A stretch of 63,993 nt of DNA, counting the filler, from Dirinaria sp. TL-2023a (taxonomy: Eukaryota): the NCBI GenBank assembly GCA_051941275.1. It is 44 parts of 44 records of this genome, joined end to end, with 100 filler letters (N's around TTAATTAATTAA, not from the genome) between each part and the next. Parts side by side here need not be neighbours in the genome. Positions count along the whole stretch, not along the records: positions 22,147 to 23,509 come from JAVEBF010002772.1; positions 23,610 to 24,971 come from JAVEBF010002773.1; positions 25,072 to 26,432 come from JAVEBF010002774.1; positions 26,533 to 27,892 come from JAVEBF010002775.1; positions 27,993 to 29,351 come from JAVEBF010002776.1; positions 29,452 to 30,810 come from JAVEBF010002777.1; positions 30,911 to 32,267 come from JAVEBF010002778.1; positions 32,368 to 33,722 come from JAVEBF010002779.1; 36 more parts are not named here. One strand, 5' to 3'. The first letter of the stretch is position 1. Every line of letters begins with the position of its first letter. Made by a program: the position numbers and the translations under genes. Shown piece by piece: positions 22,431 through 33,822 of the stretch. Under the pieces are notes generated by a model. The model made no database searches. It was not told the origin of the DNA and saw nothing but the letters and a program-made list of their open reading frames with translations.

Positions 22431-23500
22431 CACTACCGATACACCACCCTAGAACCCTAGGTATAACCCTAAACATTTGCGCCGGGCGTAATCTTCCCTC
22501 AACACATCCACCGGGCGCAATCTTCCCCCAATACATCCACTTTTTCAAGTACACCACCATCCCAATTGCTTCAAAATGTCTACGAAACTCGCTCCTCCTA
22601 CTGAGAGAAGCTACGAGCACACTTCCCTCGATCTGCTTGTCAAACAAATCAACGAACACACCAAAAACGAAGGATACGCGGTGACGCGAAAACGAAGCAA
22701 GCAATTCAAGCTTGAGATTCTCATGAAAGCACATCTTTGCTGCGAGTCTACAGCTGTTCCGGCGTGCACCGGCATCTTCAATGAAACCATGAGACTGCCG
22801 TGTGCTCATAAGATACAAGAGCGATGGTATGATCGCGCAAGCGGCGGAGTTTTGAAGCTTGAGAACTTCCACCCTCACTGGCGGTATACTAAACCATCAG
22901 AACAAGAATATACTGAAGAAATTGAAGTACCCGAAACAGCACCACCGACGAGCCGGCGATTATCCGCAGATATCTTACGCGTTCAGGAACCCGCCGTAGT
23001 CAGAGCCAAAGGTCGCCCTCCGGGCGCACTAAATAGAGCAAGAGCAGAAGCATGATCAATACCATCCGCCTCGCAGCAACGACGTCAGCAAGTATTCGAG
23101 CGCTCTACGTATCGCGAGCCCTCAGGATTTGAGCTGGTGGGTGACCTACCAACGACCATGATACCGGACAGTCAATCAAGCGCTCGGGAGGCCCGTCAGC
23201 AAGGTGGCCGAGGCGGTGAAGGACGAGGAGCACGAGTGGGAGATGTTCCGGAGGCTATGATGGATGTTTTTCAGACATAATGAGGCGGTTTTGGGTGGTT
23301 ATGGATGTTTTCTACATAGATTTTGAGCATGCGAAAGATATGTATCAGATTTGCAAACGACTTCAGGGACAGAGGAGAAAAACACGGTATTTGCACCAGA
23401 ATTTGCACGTTTCCCAGCCTGTTTCTCCTCATTCAAAAAATCTTCAGGGGTAAGTGCTGAAACCCTAAACTTAGGGTTCTAGGGTGGTGTGTCAGTAGAG
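22431..23500 (+). mobile_element. Mutator (MULE) internal-deletion derivative with ~32-bp TIRs
   Basis: TIRs at 22431-22462 and 23469-23500 (about 28/32 identical). ORF 22576-23280 (one TGA at 23053) joins the FAR1-like start (EGYAVTRKRSK) directly to the post-catalytic CTGIF..TMRLPCAHKI..FHPHW, KGRP and STYREPSGFE motifs. Confidence 0.85.
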
Positions 23501-23609
23501 TAGGGTGGTNNNNNNNNNNNNNNNNNNNNNNNNNNNNNNNNNNNNNNNNNNNNTTAATTAATTAANNNNNNNNNNNNNNNNNNNNNNNNNNNNNNNNNNN
23601 NNNNNNNNN

Positions 23610-24446
23610 CCACCATGACGGTCCGTGGACTCGCGACCAGCTGTACGGTACCATGGGAAACGTGAAGTTTTTGTAGAGTACGTAACATTGCACGGGCAGC
23701 CCGAGAAGAATGAGAGTTAGAGACATGAAAAACAGGCGTAAGAAGCGAGACTTGGTGATGCCGGAGCTGGAAGCGTTCAGTATGAGGGCGAATTCTTTCC
23801 GATATTTGCGGATTCGATAGATTACAATGACTAGGGAAGGTAAGCTATTGCCTTTTCTTTCATAAGGGTGTCAGGCTTGCTCACTGCTGTAGTAGGCGGC
23901 AACAACGCTGAGAAAGGGAGACCAGATCTGGACCAAGACAATACTAGGCCAGCTGTTGTCAAATGGTACAACGCAGCCCGCGATGGCGAAGATATAGTAC
24001 CGAGCATCTTGGACAATGTAGTGGACAATAATCACGTAAACAGGCGCACCACAGCAAAGCAGGAGTTCAATGGCGATTTGTCGTTTTCGCTGTGCTGGTT
24101 TAGGCTGCAGTACCGTTCGATTGGTGTCAAGCACTCTTGCAAGATTGCGCATGAGGAATACCAGAGCGGCTGGAATTCCCACAGTGGCAGCGACTTGGAG
24201 CTTGACCTCGATGTCACAGAGGCCGTAACCACGCCACCAACCATCCAGATTGTCGCTTGGCCATATCAGCGAGTTGATGAAGTAGAGGATATTGGTAAGA
24301 ATGATCCAGAAGACTAGGCTTGACGCTGCGAGATTCCGATTCTTAATGTGCCAGAAGAACGGAGGGAGGGAGAGCAGCGTGGTGAGCAGGGTGAGCACGC
24401 TGAAGAGTTTACCCTCATCTGACGGACCAGCTTCGACAGAAGCCAT
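23610..24446 (-). CDS. STE3: STE3-type (a-factor) pheromone receptor, 5' part; intron 23831-23884
   Basis: PPFFWHIKNRNLAASSL, INSLIWP, GYGLCDIEVKL, HYIVQDARYYIFAIAGC; exon 2 reads RIRKYRKEF..TKSRFLRLF..PYSWSRVH. Confidence 0.95.
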
Positions 24447-24830
24447 TTCCTAAGGTGTTCTGGTATTCCACGTATGGAGAAGGCGGCGGTGCTGATCTCA
24501 GTGCAGGATGGGAGAGCCTTCGAACCAGAGAATCTTGCTTATTTCGAGCAGGAAGAAGTTGATTGTATGAAAAGACGTGAGCTTTGATCTCTGTGAGCAA
24601 GGCAAAAGATGCTTTAGGTCTTTGGGCGTGCTTTCGCGAGGGCAACAAGGTCAAGTAGGGAAAGATCGATGAGGTAGCACAACGAGTAGAAATAGAATAT
24701 GTTGAAGATCGGATATGCAGATGCCCAAAACATTCAATGTCAATAGACAAGCAGGCCACAGGCGGAAGACCAATAATGAGACGGCCCCCGCGCCAGGAGT
24801 CGGGAGCCAGTGGACCTCCAGCTTCATACT

Positions 24831-24971
24831 TATTGAGCAGGCTATTGCAAAAGATAACACGAGCGAGCACATGAAACATGAGAGATATAGTGACGCTATT
24901 GAGGAGAGCATTTTGCCGACAAAGGAGCTTAGACGTTCCCCTTTAGGTTGTCAATAGGAAAGTCACGTGCA
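24831..24971 (+). other. 141-bp contig-end overlap identical to 52624-52764
   Basis: TATTGAGCAGGCTATTG...GTCACGTGCA ends this contig and starts the contig at 52624. Confidence 0.95.
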
Positions 24972-26834
24972 NNNNNNNNNNNNNNNNNNNNNNNNNNNNN
25001 NNNNNNNNNNNNNNNTTAATTAATTAANNNNNNNNNNNNNNNNNNNNNNNNNNNNNNNNNNNNNNNNNNNNGCGTCGGTCCAAGCCGTACCCAGAACGTG
25101 CTTTTCGAACTCTTGAGACGCTAGTGAGCCCTAGCACTCGCTTCAGCCAGCACGTATAGTCAGCAACGGCGCCGTGGCCGGCTTCCCATACCTTTGCATT
25201 GTAAAATCTTAAACCAACTGCACGAGCACCATTTTTAGTCAGCCATCAGAGTTTCAATGAGCTGATTGCATGGACGATGGTGGAAAACTTGCCACGCGTA
25301 CCACTTTGACGTGCATGCTCCCTGCCTGCTGTTGAAAATGGGATTGCTTGACCACCAACAAAGATATAAAACAAGAGAAGAAAGCAAGAGAGTATATCAG
25401 AAGTCATCAAAATGCATCAACCGTGGATTTGCTTGCGGAAAGCAAGAGATTATTGAAGCCATGGGGACAAGTGCCGAATATGTAAGGCCAATGCTTCCAG
25501 GTGCCCAAGTCAGCGTCCAGCCTGCATCATCTTTCCACTGTTAACATAGTGGACTAGGCATTTACACCAACTGTAATTGTGTTCTCATCCCAATGGGTGG
25601 TTAGCAGTTCACAGCGCTGCGTCAGGGGCCCATTCCCAGCACCTGTGCCAGAGCACCAACATCCAGGGAGAGACATAAGCAGGTTAAGGGCTGTTAACTT
25701 ATTCATTTAGTATTGATATCAACTATAGCGGCTTTGATGCCCCAACAGGCCTCCATAGTGTTTCGCGTAAGATATTATGGCCACGTCATTCAAGAGAGGC
25801 TGCGCAGCAGCTGACGGGCGCCTTAGGCATCCCGTCAGTAGTGTTGAGAGGTTGAGCGCGCTACTGAACATGACAGACTTAGGCAGGGTAACGAAGATGC
25901 TACATTTGAGAAAGAGAATACGTTGCAATATTCAGAAAGAACCCTTCGGGAATTTGCCATCTGAGAAAATGGGGGAAAAGATGGAGAGCATATGACATGA
26001 ATTTAAATGGAAAGCTGAGGCAACCCATAAAACGGATACAGCCGAATTAACATAAATTCTTGAATAGGGTAGGGGAGGTTCTGTGAGGACGAGAAGGCAC
26101 GCGCTGCAATCATCCACAGAACTTGTTGTGTGCGTGTATCAATAGGAGTTTGCTTTTGTCATGAAGAACTTCCCAAAACTCCCAACCACAGCATCTGAAC
26201 ACTCTAAAGCTCAATCGAATCAATCTGAAACCCCCGTATAAGGGAAGTAGCCTCTCTCCGTCGCAGCTACCGATGGCTCTGGCGCCTCCGGCATCAATGC
26301 AGAGGCTATTGCGAAACAAACGTTCGAATCAGGTCGAAGATGCTCATCTGAAGCGTCTATAGAATGCAAGCAGGGGGAACATTCTGCGCTCGTCAGCAAC
26401 TCTACGAGAGCGAAAGCTGAATACCTTTGGGTNNNNNNNNNNNNNNNNNNNNNNNNNNNNNNNNNNNNNNNNNNNNTTAATTAATTAANNNNNNNNNNNN
26501 NNNNNNNNNNNNNNNNNNNNNNNNNNNNNNNNAGACACTTCCCCCTAGCCCTACTAGGCGCTACAATGGCGACGTCGTGACGAGAAAGCACGCGGCAAGA
26601 TCGGTCTAATGTGCAGCAAGACGCTACAGATTGCTCAGTGCTTCAACAGTCTCTACCGGTGGTAGCTATACCACAAAATCAGTCTCCATCCCATCTTCCT
26701 ATGAACTTCAACTGCCTCCAACAGTGAGTCTGAGGCAGGGTTCCAAGGAAATTTTCTTCTTCGCACCTCACCTTCATCTCTACTACCACCTACCTTATTG
26801 CCTCTATACTACCTACCTTATTACCACTATCAAC

Positions 26835-27230
26835 ATGCCCTCATTAAACAGTGACGATAGAGCTCAGATTAATCTGAATGATGATACTGCTAATTTCAGA
26901 GCGCAGCATGCGATCTTAACCCTCGCCCAAACAAGTCTTTCTAAGAACACCTCCAAAGCCTATGATCGCGTTGAAAAAAAATGACGAGGCTGATGCGAGC
27001 AAATGCAATATGACGATGACGATTTGATACATGAAGCAAAGCTGATTCGGTTTCTGTCAGACGAGGTCGTCAATCGATCATTGCGCCGCATAGAAAAGAA
27101 GGGGAAGGCAGACGACGATGATGCTTCTGAGAACGACGATCTCTTCATACATGCAGATCTCGCGGAGAAGCTCGCGGAGGAGGTGGACCAGGATGCAGAT
27201 GCTAAGACGCTCAAGTTTCAAAGTATTCAA
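26835..27230 (+). pseudogene. Crypton/Ndc10-like tyrosine-recombinase N-terminal region, mutated and truncated
   Basis: SKNTSKAYDRVEKK*RG*CEQMQYDDDDLIHEAKLIRFLSDEVVNRS...TLKFQSIQ resembles the fungal Crypton/Ndc10-type N-terminus (PKNTxxAY..W..WC...DG..VxExKL..FL..VVxRP). TGA at 26982 and 26991 sit at Trp positions. Confidence 0.65.
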
Positions 27231-27992
27231 TGGGTCGATTTTTTCCGCGCAATAATTGGTCGGCTTTGTGTATTTAGTTGATAGGAACCTGCATAGACTA
27301 TGTTTCTTGCACCCGGTCCCAACATTCCTGCACCTCAGCCAGAAGTAGCTGTACCAGTATCAACCTCCATTCTGCTCAGTCTTAGACTCCTATATGATTA
27401 GATACACCGCGGGAAGTATATTTACCCCTAGAATACTCTATGAACACTATCCTAGATTAAGACATGGATCAAAATCTCAAGCCAGCAGCTATTAGTACAC
27501 CGGTCTCCAAAAAAAAAAAAAGAGAGAGAGGTAAAGGGGTTAGGGGAAGAAAGTAGCAGACGGAGGAGAGCGCCATGGGCCGAAAACATTTCATTATAAA
27601 AACCGGCATGATGTCGGACACATTCCACATCTAGTACAAATGAGAAAAGATTACTCTCTATCTCTGAACGCGGCCAGACAGGGAAATCATCGCACACATA
27701 CTGATTCCAGTGAACCAAATCTCTCGATTATATCGAATGAAATACAGCCAGTATGGAGATGTTCGGGTGTTGGAACGCACTCGGATCAGTCTTTGAGATT
27801 GAGGGCAATGGTGGAGGTCGTGAGAATGGATCAATATAGGAAAAGTAGGATAATAGTAGGAGAGTGGATATAAGGAGCATTGTAGATAATGGNNNNNNNN
27901 NNNNNNNNNNNNNNNNNNNNNNNNNNNNNNNNNNNNTTAATTAATTAANNNNNNNNNNNNNNNNNNNNNNNNNNNNNNNNNNNNNNNNNNNN

Positions 27993-28577
27993 CCTCTGCG
28001 CCCCGTCCATACCCCCCAAACTCTGGCCCAAAAACCGGTACTGGCCGAACGCGAGCAGGCGATAACATCGATCTTCCGCGGGGCGACGGCTGTACTGCTG
28101 CATTGTCTGTGAGCAGCCCACGGCGCCGTTGGTGGGTTCGATCCACCACGCCACCACGTCCACGAGGTGCAGGAGGGCGCGGCACTCGTCGATGCTGAGC
28201 TCGACTGGTTTCCTGGGCGCGATGCTGATTTGGATCGAGATGGAGGAGAGGGCGGTCCAGAGTGTTGAGGTGGGGGAGGAGGAGAAGGGGTCGAGGTGCT
28301 GGCGCGGGAGAAGGACTTCGGCAAAGCGGAGTGGGTGCAGCAGGGAGATTTTGCGGTGGTGGAGGGTGCGCAGGGTCAGGATTGTGAAGATTTGCTTGCG
28401 TTTTGCAAGGTAGGTGGCGTGGTAGTTTGGGGAGGCGTGGATGAGAGCGCGGAGAGCGGTGGGGTCGGGAAGAGCGAGGAGGATCATGTGGCGGATTTCT
28501 GAGGGGAGGGTTTCGAGCGCTGGGAACGGTTTTGTTGTTGTCAAAGCCTGGATGAGATTGTTAGATTGTGTTTTCAT
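27993..28577 (-). CDS. F-box-like domain hypothetical protein, 5' part
   Basis: LETLPSEIRHMILLALPDPTALRALIHASP is an F-box-like start. Confidence 0.65.
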
Positions 28578-29451
28578 GATTTTTGATGGAGATTTTGCTT
28601 TACCATTTTGGAGGAGGTGGTAGCGATGGAAGATGGTCTTGCCTGTATAAGCTCGGTAGCAACATATGTGTTGATAGTAGAAAATGTGAGGGGAAAGTGA
28701 GATGATATATAGTATTCTCGGTTAAATTTTGGCTAAATTCGTGCTTCACTAGAAATGTTGATCACTGACCTGTCAAAAATAAACAAAGGGGCACTATCAC
28801 ATCTTGGGACATGTAAATCATTTTACATTGCTCCATCAGTGCTCACACAAAAATCATAGCATGTATATCATGAGACAACGGTATGTTAAGTCAATCCTAA
28901 GTTTGACAATAGACAGTCAGAGATTACCTGGCCCGAAGTTTGCTCTTGCTGAATTGTCAGAACAAGATTTGATTTTTGGTCACAATCTGATATTCTCATT
29001 TCGAAGCCTGGTATTAAGTTTTCCTAATTAAAGGGAAAGGTTTCTCCAAGTTATTTCAATGTTCTGGATTGATCATCCATCTTCTTGGGGTTAAAATTGG
29101 CATCAACAGGAGTTTTCACTATTTCATACAATCAGAAGCTCCTATCCAAATGAAATTCAACTCAATGCTGAATTCAGATTATCTCAGCCGTATGGTGCCA
29201 AAGAGACTAAAAGAAGCACAAAAAATCCATGGATTCTAAAAAAGCGAATGTGGGAAAAGTAGGTAAAGACAGAACTTAAAGGCAGCGAAATGGACCAGAT
29301 CAAATCTCGGTGCTGTAAAATGCTTGTACAGGATACATAAAGACACCCAAGNNNNNNNNNNNNNNNNNNNNNNNNNNNNNNNNNNNNNNNNNNNNTTAAT
29401 TAATTAANNNNNNNNNNNNNNNNNNNNNNNNNNNNNNNNNNNNNNNNNNNN

Positions 29452-30810
29452 ATCTCGAATTTCGAAATCTATCTCAGTATTGAATTTCTTAAATATCTCG
29501 TCATTATTGTCTTTCTGAGAGATATTAGAGTGGCTGAGAATGAGTTTCTTCATAGCAACGCGTTTCTTAAGACTAGTTAACATCGCAAACATGATACTTC
29601 ATGTTCTTTTCTTTTGATAATCGACGATGACGACAGTCTTGAACTCGTCTGACATAATCACAAGAGTGTCTTGATAGACATATGCCTACTCTGTTCGTTC
29701 GACGTCTTTCAGACCGTCATGATAAGTGTCAAAATTTAGAGTATCAATGTCATGAATACTATCGCTAGTTGACGTAGTCGACAATCTGAAGAGCGCGTTC
29801 GATATCACGTGTTGTTTGCTCGAGCGATGCTTAATGTTCATTTGAAATTGAGATAAGTAGATTGACGCTCTGATTAGTCGTAAATTAAGTTTGTCGATGC
29901 TGCTTGAGGTCAATTTCGTTTGATTTGCTATGACGAGATTTGCAGAGTGATCGATGAAGACGATAGTCTTCGCGACGACGTCGATCATGTGACGAATACG
30001 CTTAACAATTCACACTAGATCTGTCATTTTCAATTCAGTTGATCAATAATGACTCTCTGCAATATTGAATAGTCTGAATAGAAACATAATAAACTCAATA
30101 TCAGTGCGTTTTGATTTCTCAGAATTGATATCGTTTTTGAGATGATAGATCATTGCTTCAAAGTCACGCTGTTTGAAAGCATCGATGTCGATGTAAAGCG
30201 TACGAGTTCTATCGAAATGTACTAGAAATTCTGCTCTACTGAAGACGTCTTGTAGCTGATGATAAGAATCGAGTTCCGCGAGAGTAGATGCTTCAAGCAC
30301 AGCACGATTGACATAGATCTTACGTTGACGTTCTTTATTAGATGATGACAACTTAAATAACGCGGTCTTTCTTCTTTGCAAAGGTTCTATCTTTTGCGCA
30401 TAGTAAGACACATAGTTGCGAAGTCAATCTGTAAGCCTCAAATAGAGCTCTAAATCAGCAAGCTTGCGCGAGAATTGAAGGCGTTGAATAGCGGCTATTT
30501 TGTTCGCCGCGATGATCAAATCAAAGACATCAATCTTTTGATTTAGTAAAGTCATCGACGAGTAATCTAAAAACGACTTTTTGAGCGACAATGTAACCTT
30601 TTTGCGATTCAATAATGTAAATACAACGCGCAAATGCTTTAAGTGTTTCTCGAAAGTTTCGCTGAATATAACTAAATCGTTCATGTATGTCTTGACAAAT
30701 GCACGATAAGATCGTAATAAGATATCGATTTGTCGTTGTACATATGAAGATGAATTTTTGAATTTCATAAATGCAACGTTGTATTGCTTCTGACCTCGAT
30801 GCGATACTAC
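29452..30810 (-). pseudogene. Ty3/Gypsy pol (RT-RNase H region), RIP-mutated
   Basis: MKFKNSSSYVQRQID, TYMNDLVIFS (YxDD), LYIDIDAFKQRDF and NLRLIRASIYLSQF..HRSSKQHVISNALFRL, broken by TGA codons. Confidence 0.92.
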
Positions 30811-31094
30811 NNNNNNNNNNNNNNNNNNNNNNNNNNNNNNNNNNNNNNNNNNNNTTAATTAATTAANNNNNNNNNNNNNNNNNNNNNNNNNNNNNNNNNN
30901 NNNNNNNNNNAGTATAGATACAGAAGGTGCAAGCAACAAATAGGGGGTCGGGTATGCGGGTAAACAAATATCAGGGTCCTCCAGGGTCCTAAGGGTCCTC
31001 CAAGGCAGGCACGTGACCACACATAGGTGCTCCCAGGTCAGGTTCATGACATTATCCTCTCCCTCCAATTAGCAACGTCCCTGTTGCTGTCACC

Positions 31095-31550
31095 TCTTAT
31101 AGATTGCCTAAACAGGCCTTGACGATGTGCCTGCCGCGCAGGGCTTTGAGGGTGCCTGAAAAGGCCTTGACGATGCCATTGAAGCAGGCTCACTATAGAG
31201 GGTGCCTGAACAGGCCTTGACGATGCCATTGAAGCAGGCTCACTATAGAGGGTGCCTGAACAGGCCTTGACGATGCCATTAAAGCAGACTCACTATAGAG
31301 GGTGCTTGAAAAGGCCTTGACGATGCCATTAAAGCAGGCTCACTATAGAGGGTGCCTGAAAAGGCCTTGACGATGTCATTGAAGCAGGTTCATTATAGAG
31401 AGTGCCTGAAAAGGCCTTGACGATGTCATTGAAGCAGGCTCACTATAAAGGGTGCCTGAATAGGCCTTGACGATGTCATTGAAGCAGGCTCACTGTATGA
31501 GGTGTCTGAACAGACTTTGGCGATGCTATTGAAGTAGGCTTACTGTAGAA
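31095..31550. repeat. 50-bp tandem repeat, about 8-9 copies
   Basis: Unit CACTATAGAGGGTGCCTGAACAGGCCTTGACGATGCCATTGAAGCAGGCT starts at 31191, 31241, 31291, 31341, 31391, 31441 and 31491, with degenerate flanking copies. Confidence 0.97.
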
Positions 31551-31579
31551 CTTGATCATTGAAGGAGTCGTAAATAGTC

Positions 31580-31763
31580 GATCTGCAGTTGCTTGGTCTA
31601 CTCGTGCAACGCTCAAAACGAGTGTGATCTTGTAGTTACTTAGTCTACTCGTGCAACGCTCAAAACGAGTGTGATTTTGCAGTTGCTTAATCTACTCGTG
31701 CAACGCTCAAAACGAGTGTGATCTTGCAGTTGCTTGTTCTACTCGTGCAACGCTTAAAACGAG
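31580..31763. repeat. 47-bp tandem repeat, 4 copies, each with an ACTCGT..ACGAG inverted repeat
   Basis: CTACTCGTGCAACGCT(C/T)AAAACGAG at 31598, 31645, 31692 and 31739. Confidence 0.95.
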
Positions 31764-32219
31764 CTTTTTTGCCTTCGCCGTGTAAGAACTTTCTCGCATT
31801 CTAGATGGCACGGACTTGAGAAAAGAGACGAAATTAACATCGCTCGTCACGAGGGATAGATAGTGTAATGTCATGGTCTGCACAGCGCTCATAGGCATAT
31901 GAGTACTACTAGACTAGGACACTATCTATAAGAAAGAAAAGGAAGGACCAGAAGAAGAAGAAGTATAGATACAGAAGATGCAAGCAACAAATAGGGGGTC
32001 GGGTATGCGGGTAAACAAATATCAGGGTCCTCCAGGATCCTAAGGGTCCTCCAAGGTAGGCACGTGACCACACATAGGTGCTCCCAGGTCAGGTTCATGA
32101 CAAAATTTCGTTGATCGTTTGCAGAACATTGAAATTGTTCTGATACGCGTATCAAAGAGATGAAAAATAATTTATCGAATTGATCAGCGCTAAATGAAAA
32201 ACAATCGTGATTCGAAGAA

Positions 32220-32267
32220 TGTTACGACCCTGGAACACCTAAGTAGTAAGATAGGCATCAAGTCCCT
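32220..32267 (+). mobile_element. LTR family A, partial (contig end)
   Basis: TGTTACGACCCTGGAACACCTAAGTAGTAAGATAGG matches the family A LTR start. Confidence 0.85.
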
Positions 32268-32367
32268 NNNNNNNNNNNNNNNNNNNNNNNNNNNNNNNNN
32301 NNNNNNNNNNNTTAATTAATTAANNNNNNNNNNNNNNNNNNNNNNNNNNNNNNNNNNNNNNNNNNNN

Positions 32368-32741
32368 ACAATTCGTTCAATCAACTGAAGAGACACGCTT
32401 CGTCGATCGCTGATTATGAAACTTCTGTCAAGTCTAGCGTCACTCGCTCAAAATTCTCGACGTCTACTCTCATCACTACTGAAGATAATAATGTCATGAA
32501 CTTGTCGATCAACAAGATACGTCGACCTTTGACTCAAGCTGAGAAGGAAGCCAACAAGATATATCGGCTCGCAAATAATCAATGCCTGTACTGCGGCAGT
32601 CCCGAGCACAGGGTTGCAAACTGTCCGCTGGCCAAGAAGGCTAGCCTTCGAGCAGCTTCTACGAATGGAAGCTCACCTGCTCCGTCTCTCAGCTCGAACG
32701 ACCACCACGATCATAGTCATAATCACTCGGAAAACGCATAG
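32368..32741 (+). mobile_element. Ty3/Gypsy gag C-terminus with CCHC zinc knuckle
   Basis: CLYCGSPEHRVANC; ends SENA* over a GGAAAAC slippery site. Confidence 0.88.
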
Positions 32742-33722
32742 TCTCTGGACATCGTCGCGCCCGGAGACCTGCTCAAGGTTTAAGTCTTTCTAGTACGGTC
32801 ATCCATGATGAACAAGCGCTGGAGGATCTGTCCATGCATGTACTTGTTAGCGGCAGCATAGCCAAGGCCGTTAACAATCAATTGTTCATCCCCTTTCAAG
32901 CTCTTGTTGACCCCGGTGCCTCTGGGCACGCTTTCATTGACCAAACTTTCGCGCAACGACATGATCTCGATATGATTCCCCTCAAACACCCTATTTCCCT
33001 TGAGACTTTTGACGGGTCTGCAGCTATCGCAGGCCCCATCACTCACTATGTTTATGAACCCTTTAGTACTGGTCGATCTCACCAGTACACCAAGTTCTAC
33101 GTTACTAAGATCCCGAACTGGCCCATCGTGCTGGGCTTCCCTTGGTTTAAGAAAAATAAGGCTCGTCTAGACTTCGGCAAGATGAGTCTAGAGCTTCCCA
33201 TTGATAAGATATCGAAAGAACCTACGACATCGACTGCCACTGCGTCGATGGAGTACTCCTCTAGCCCTTTGCTTATGACTGTCAATGATGACTCCCCCAT
33301 AGATGTTAATCTTGTTGGCGCCGTCGCTTTCTCACGGTTAGCCAGAAAGAAGAATCACGTTCTCGGCGCCTTTAGTCTAAAAGATATAGAAAAGGCCCTT
33401 AGTACCAAACCTAAGACCAATCCGGCGACGAAGCTGCCATCGGAACTCAGTCACTTTCTGGATGTATTTTCCCACAAAGAGGCTGACAAGCTCCCCGCGC
33501 ATCGTCCTTATGATCACAAGATCGAACTACTAGATGGTAAGGAGCCAGGCTTCGGGCCCCTGTACGGCATGTCCAGGGACGAACTTCTGGTCCTACAGAA
33601 ATACTTGACTGAGAATCTAGCCAAAGGATTTATTAGGGCTAGTTCTTCTGAATACTCGTCACCAGTACTCTTTGTTAAAAAACCCAGTGGAGGACTGCGA
33701 TTCTGCGTGGACTATAGAGGCC
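32729..33722 (+). mobile_element. Ty3/Gypsy pol (protease and start of RT), open frame
   Basis: ALVDPGASGHAFID (protease), IVLGFPWF, LPAHRPYDHKIEL and SPVLFVKKPSGGLRFCVDYR; in the -1 frame relative to gag. Confidence 0.95.
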
Positions 33723-33822
33723 NNNNNNNNNNNNNNNNNNNNNNNNNNNNNNNNNNNNNNNNNNNNTTAATTAATTAANNNNNNNNNNNNNNNNNNNNNN
33801 NNNNNNNNNNNNNNNNNNNNNN

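Larger units (their letters stand above)
30911..32102 (-). mobile_element. Non-coding LTR element, family B (5' LTR 31869-32102, interior 31052-31868, 3' LTR to contig end)
   Basis: Two near-identical LTRs in direct orientation. On minus, the polypurine tract GGAGGGAGAGGATAA abuts the 3' LTR and the PBS-position sequence ACACTATCTAT follows the 5' LTR. No retroelement ORF inside. Confidence 0.88.

Noticed and set aside
23455..23490. Telomere-like CCCTAA/TTAGGG motifs (also near 15455-15480)
   Set aside because: Isolated imperfect units inside a Mutator TIR and an LTR, not tandem terminal arrays.
31095..31763. CRISPR-like array
   Set aside because: The units are head-to-tail tandem repeats with no unique spacers, there are no cas genes, and they lie between eukaryotic LTRs.
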